Assembly (NCBI RefSeq): GCF_036365525.1
Contig: NC_090380.1
Location: 91,746,194 to 91,810,193 of the forward strand
DNA length: 64,000 bases
Reading direction: 5' to 3'
Origin: Heterodontus francisci
Lineage: Eukaryota
Shown: in pieces, positions 62,310 through 64,000 of the stretch
Position numbering within the stretch: position 1 is the first letter of the stretch
How the letters are laid out: each line of letters starts with the position of its first letter
Position numbers and translations under genes: made by a program
Notes under the pieces: generated by a model
Told to the model about the DNA's origin: nothing
Databases searched by the model: none
What the model saw: the letters and a program-made list of their open reading frames with translations, nothing else

Positions 62310-63915
62310 CCAACTCCCTAGCAATAAAGGCCAAATACTCCATTTGTCTTCTTAATTACTTGCTGCACCTGCATGCTAACTTTTTGTGTTTCATGCATAA
62401 GAACACCCAGATCCCTCTGTGCCGCACTTTTTTGGAGTCTTTCTCCATTTAAATAATAGTCTGCCTTTTGATTCTTCCTACCAAAGTGCATGACCTCACA
62501 CTTTCCTACATTAAACTCCATCTGCCAAGTTTTTGCCCACTCACTCAACCTATCTATATCCCCTTGCAGATTCCTTATGTCCTCATCACAACATGCCCTC
62601 CCACCTATTTAGGTATCATCAGCAAATTTGGATATATTACACTCTGCCCCCTCCTCCAAGTCATTAATATAGATCGTAAATAATTGAGGCCCTAGGACTG
62701 ATTTTGTGGCACTAAACTAGTTATGTCTTTCCAACCTGAAAAAGACCCATTAATCCCGACTCTCTGTCTTCTGTGAGTTAACCAAGCCTCAATCCATGCT
62801 AATACATTACCCCCAATACTGTGAACTCCTAACTTGTGCAATAATCTTTTATATGGCACCTTATCGAATGCCTTCTAGAAATCCAAATACACTGCATATA
62901 CCAGTTCCCCTTTATCAACTCTGTTTGTTATATCCTCAAAGAACCCTAGCAAATTTGTCAAACATGATTTCCCTTTCACAATACCATGTTGACTCTGTTT
63001 GATTGCGTTAAGCTTTTCCAAATGTCCTGCTATTTCTTCCTTAATAATGGACTCCAGCATTTTCCCAATGACTGATGTTAGGCTGACTGGCCTATAGTTT
63101 CCTGCTTTTTGTCTCCCTCCCTTCTTGAACAGGGGCGTCACATTAACAGTTTTCCAATCCTCTGGGACCCTCCCGGAATCCAGTGAGTTCTGTAATATTT
63201 CGACCAGTGCCTCCACTATCTCTGCAGCCACTTCCTTTAAAACCCTTGGATGTAGGCCATCAGATCCTGGTGACTTGTCTGCCTTTAGTCCCATTAGTTT
63301 GTCAAATACTTGTCCCTCGTGATCGAGACTGTTACAAGATCTTTCCTCCCATTAGCTCCTTGTTTATCTGATATCTGAGATGTTTATAGTATCCTCCACC
63401 ATGAAGACCGAAGCAAAAGATTGGTTTAAATTATCTGCCATTTCCCTGTTCCCCGTTATCAGTTCTCCAGTTGTATCCTCCAAGGATCCCACACTCACTT
63501 TAGCTACTCTCTTTTTAAATACCTGTAGAAGCTCATGCTGTTTCTTTTTATATTTCTTGCCAATTTACTTTCATAATCAATTTTTTCCCTCTTTATTAGC
63601 TTTTTAGTCATCCGCTGCTGGTTCCTAAAAAAAATTCCCAATCCTCTGGCCTACCACTAGTTTTCGCCACTTTGTATGCCTTAGTTTTTGATTGGATACT
63701 CTTCTTGACTGCCTTTGTTAACCATGGGTGGATCATCCTTCTCATCAAGTCCTTCTTTTTGACTGGGATAAATTTTTAGATTTTTAGATTTTTTTAGATT
63801 TTAGAGATACAGCACTGAAACAGGCCCTTCGGCCCACCGAGTCTGCGCCGACCATTAACCACACATTTATGCTAATCCTACACTAATCCCACATTCCTAC
63901 CACAACCTCACCTGT
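62310..63915 (-). mobile_element. Degenerate CR1 ORF2 fragment plus a second CR1 3' tail
   Basis: KSPGSDGLHPRVLKE, NYRPVSLTS, WQMEFNVGKCEVMHFG. Confidence 0.88.
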
Positions 63916-64000
63916 TTGCTGACTGTTATGAAATATCTGCTTAAATGTCTGCCAGTGCTCATACACTGACCTTCCCCTTAGTCTATTTTCCCAGCCCACT

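Overview
Repeat-rich vertebrate genomic DNA, most likely a cartilaginous fish (shark), inferred from the HE1/V-SINE, SacSINE/Deu-SINE, CR1 and Penelope repertoire. Host genes: two tandem, same-strand C3orf38 (DUF4518)-like paralogs, namely the last exon of copy 1 (426-1043) and a three-exon copy 2 (8479-28760) that carries an unusual 48-bp x ~11 charged helical repeat. Most of the rest is nested mobile DNA: an inverted Penelope-like element with hammerhead-like motifs, an intact CR1 ORF2, four Gypsy-type LTR elements, a solo LTR, Harbinger and Helitron fossils, MITEs and SINEs. The standout is a Gypsy LTR element (37792-41797) whose RT-RNaseH-integrase region is replaced by a captured Myc-family C-terminus (Myc box IV + bHLH-leucine zipper). 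A pol-bearing member of the same LTR family lies ~7 kb away, an arrangement reminiscent of defective v-myc retroviruses and their helpers. All identifications come from manual reading and remembered family motifs; no searches were run.
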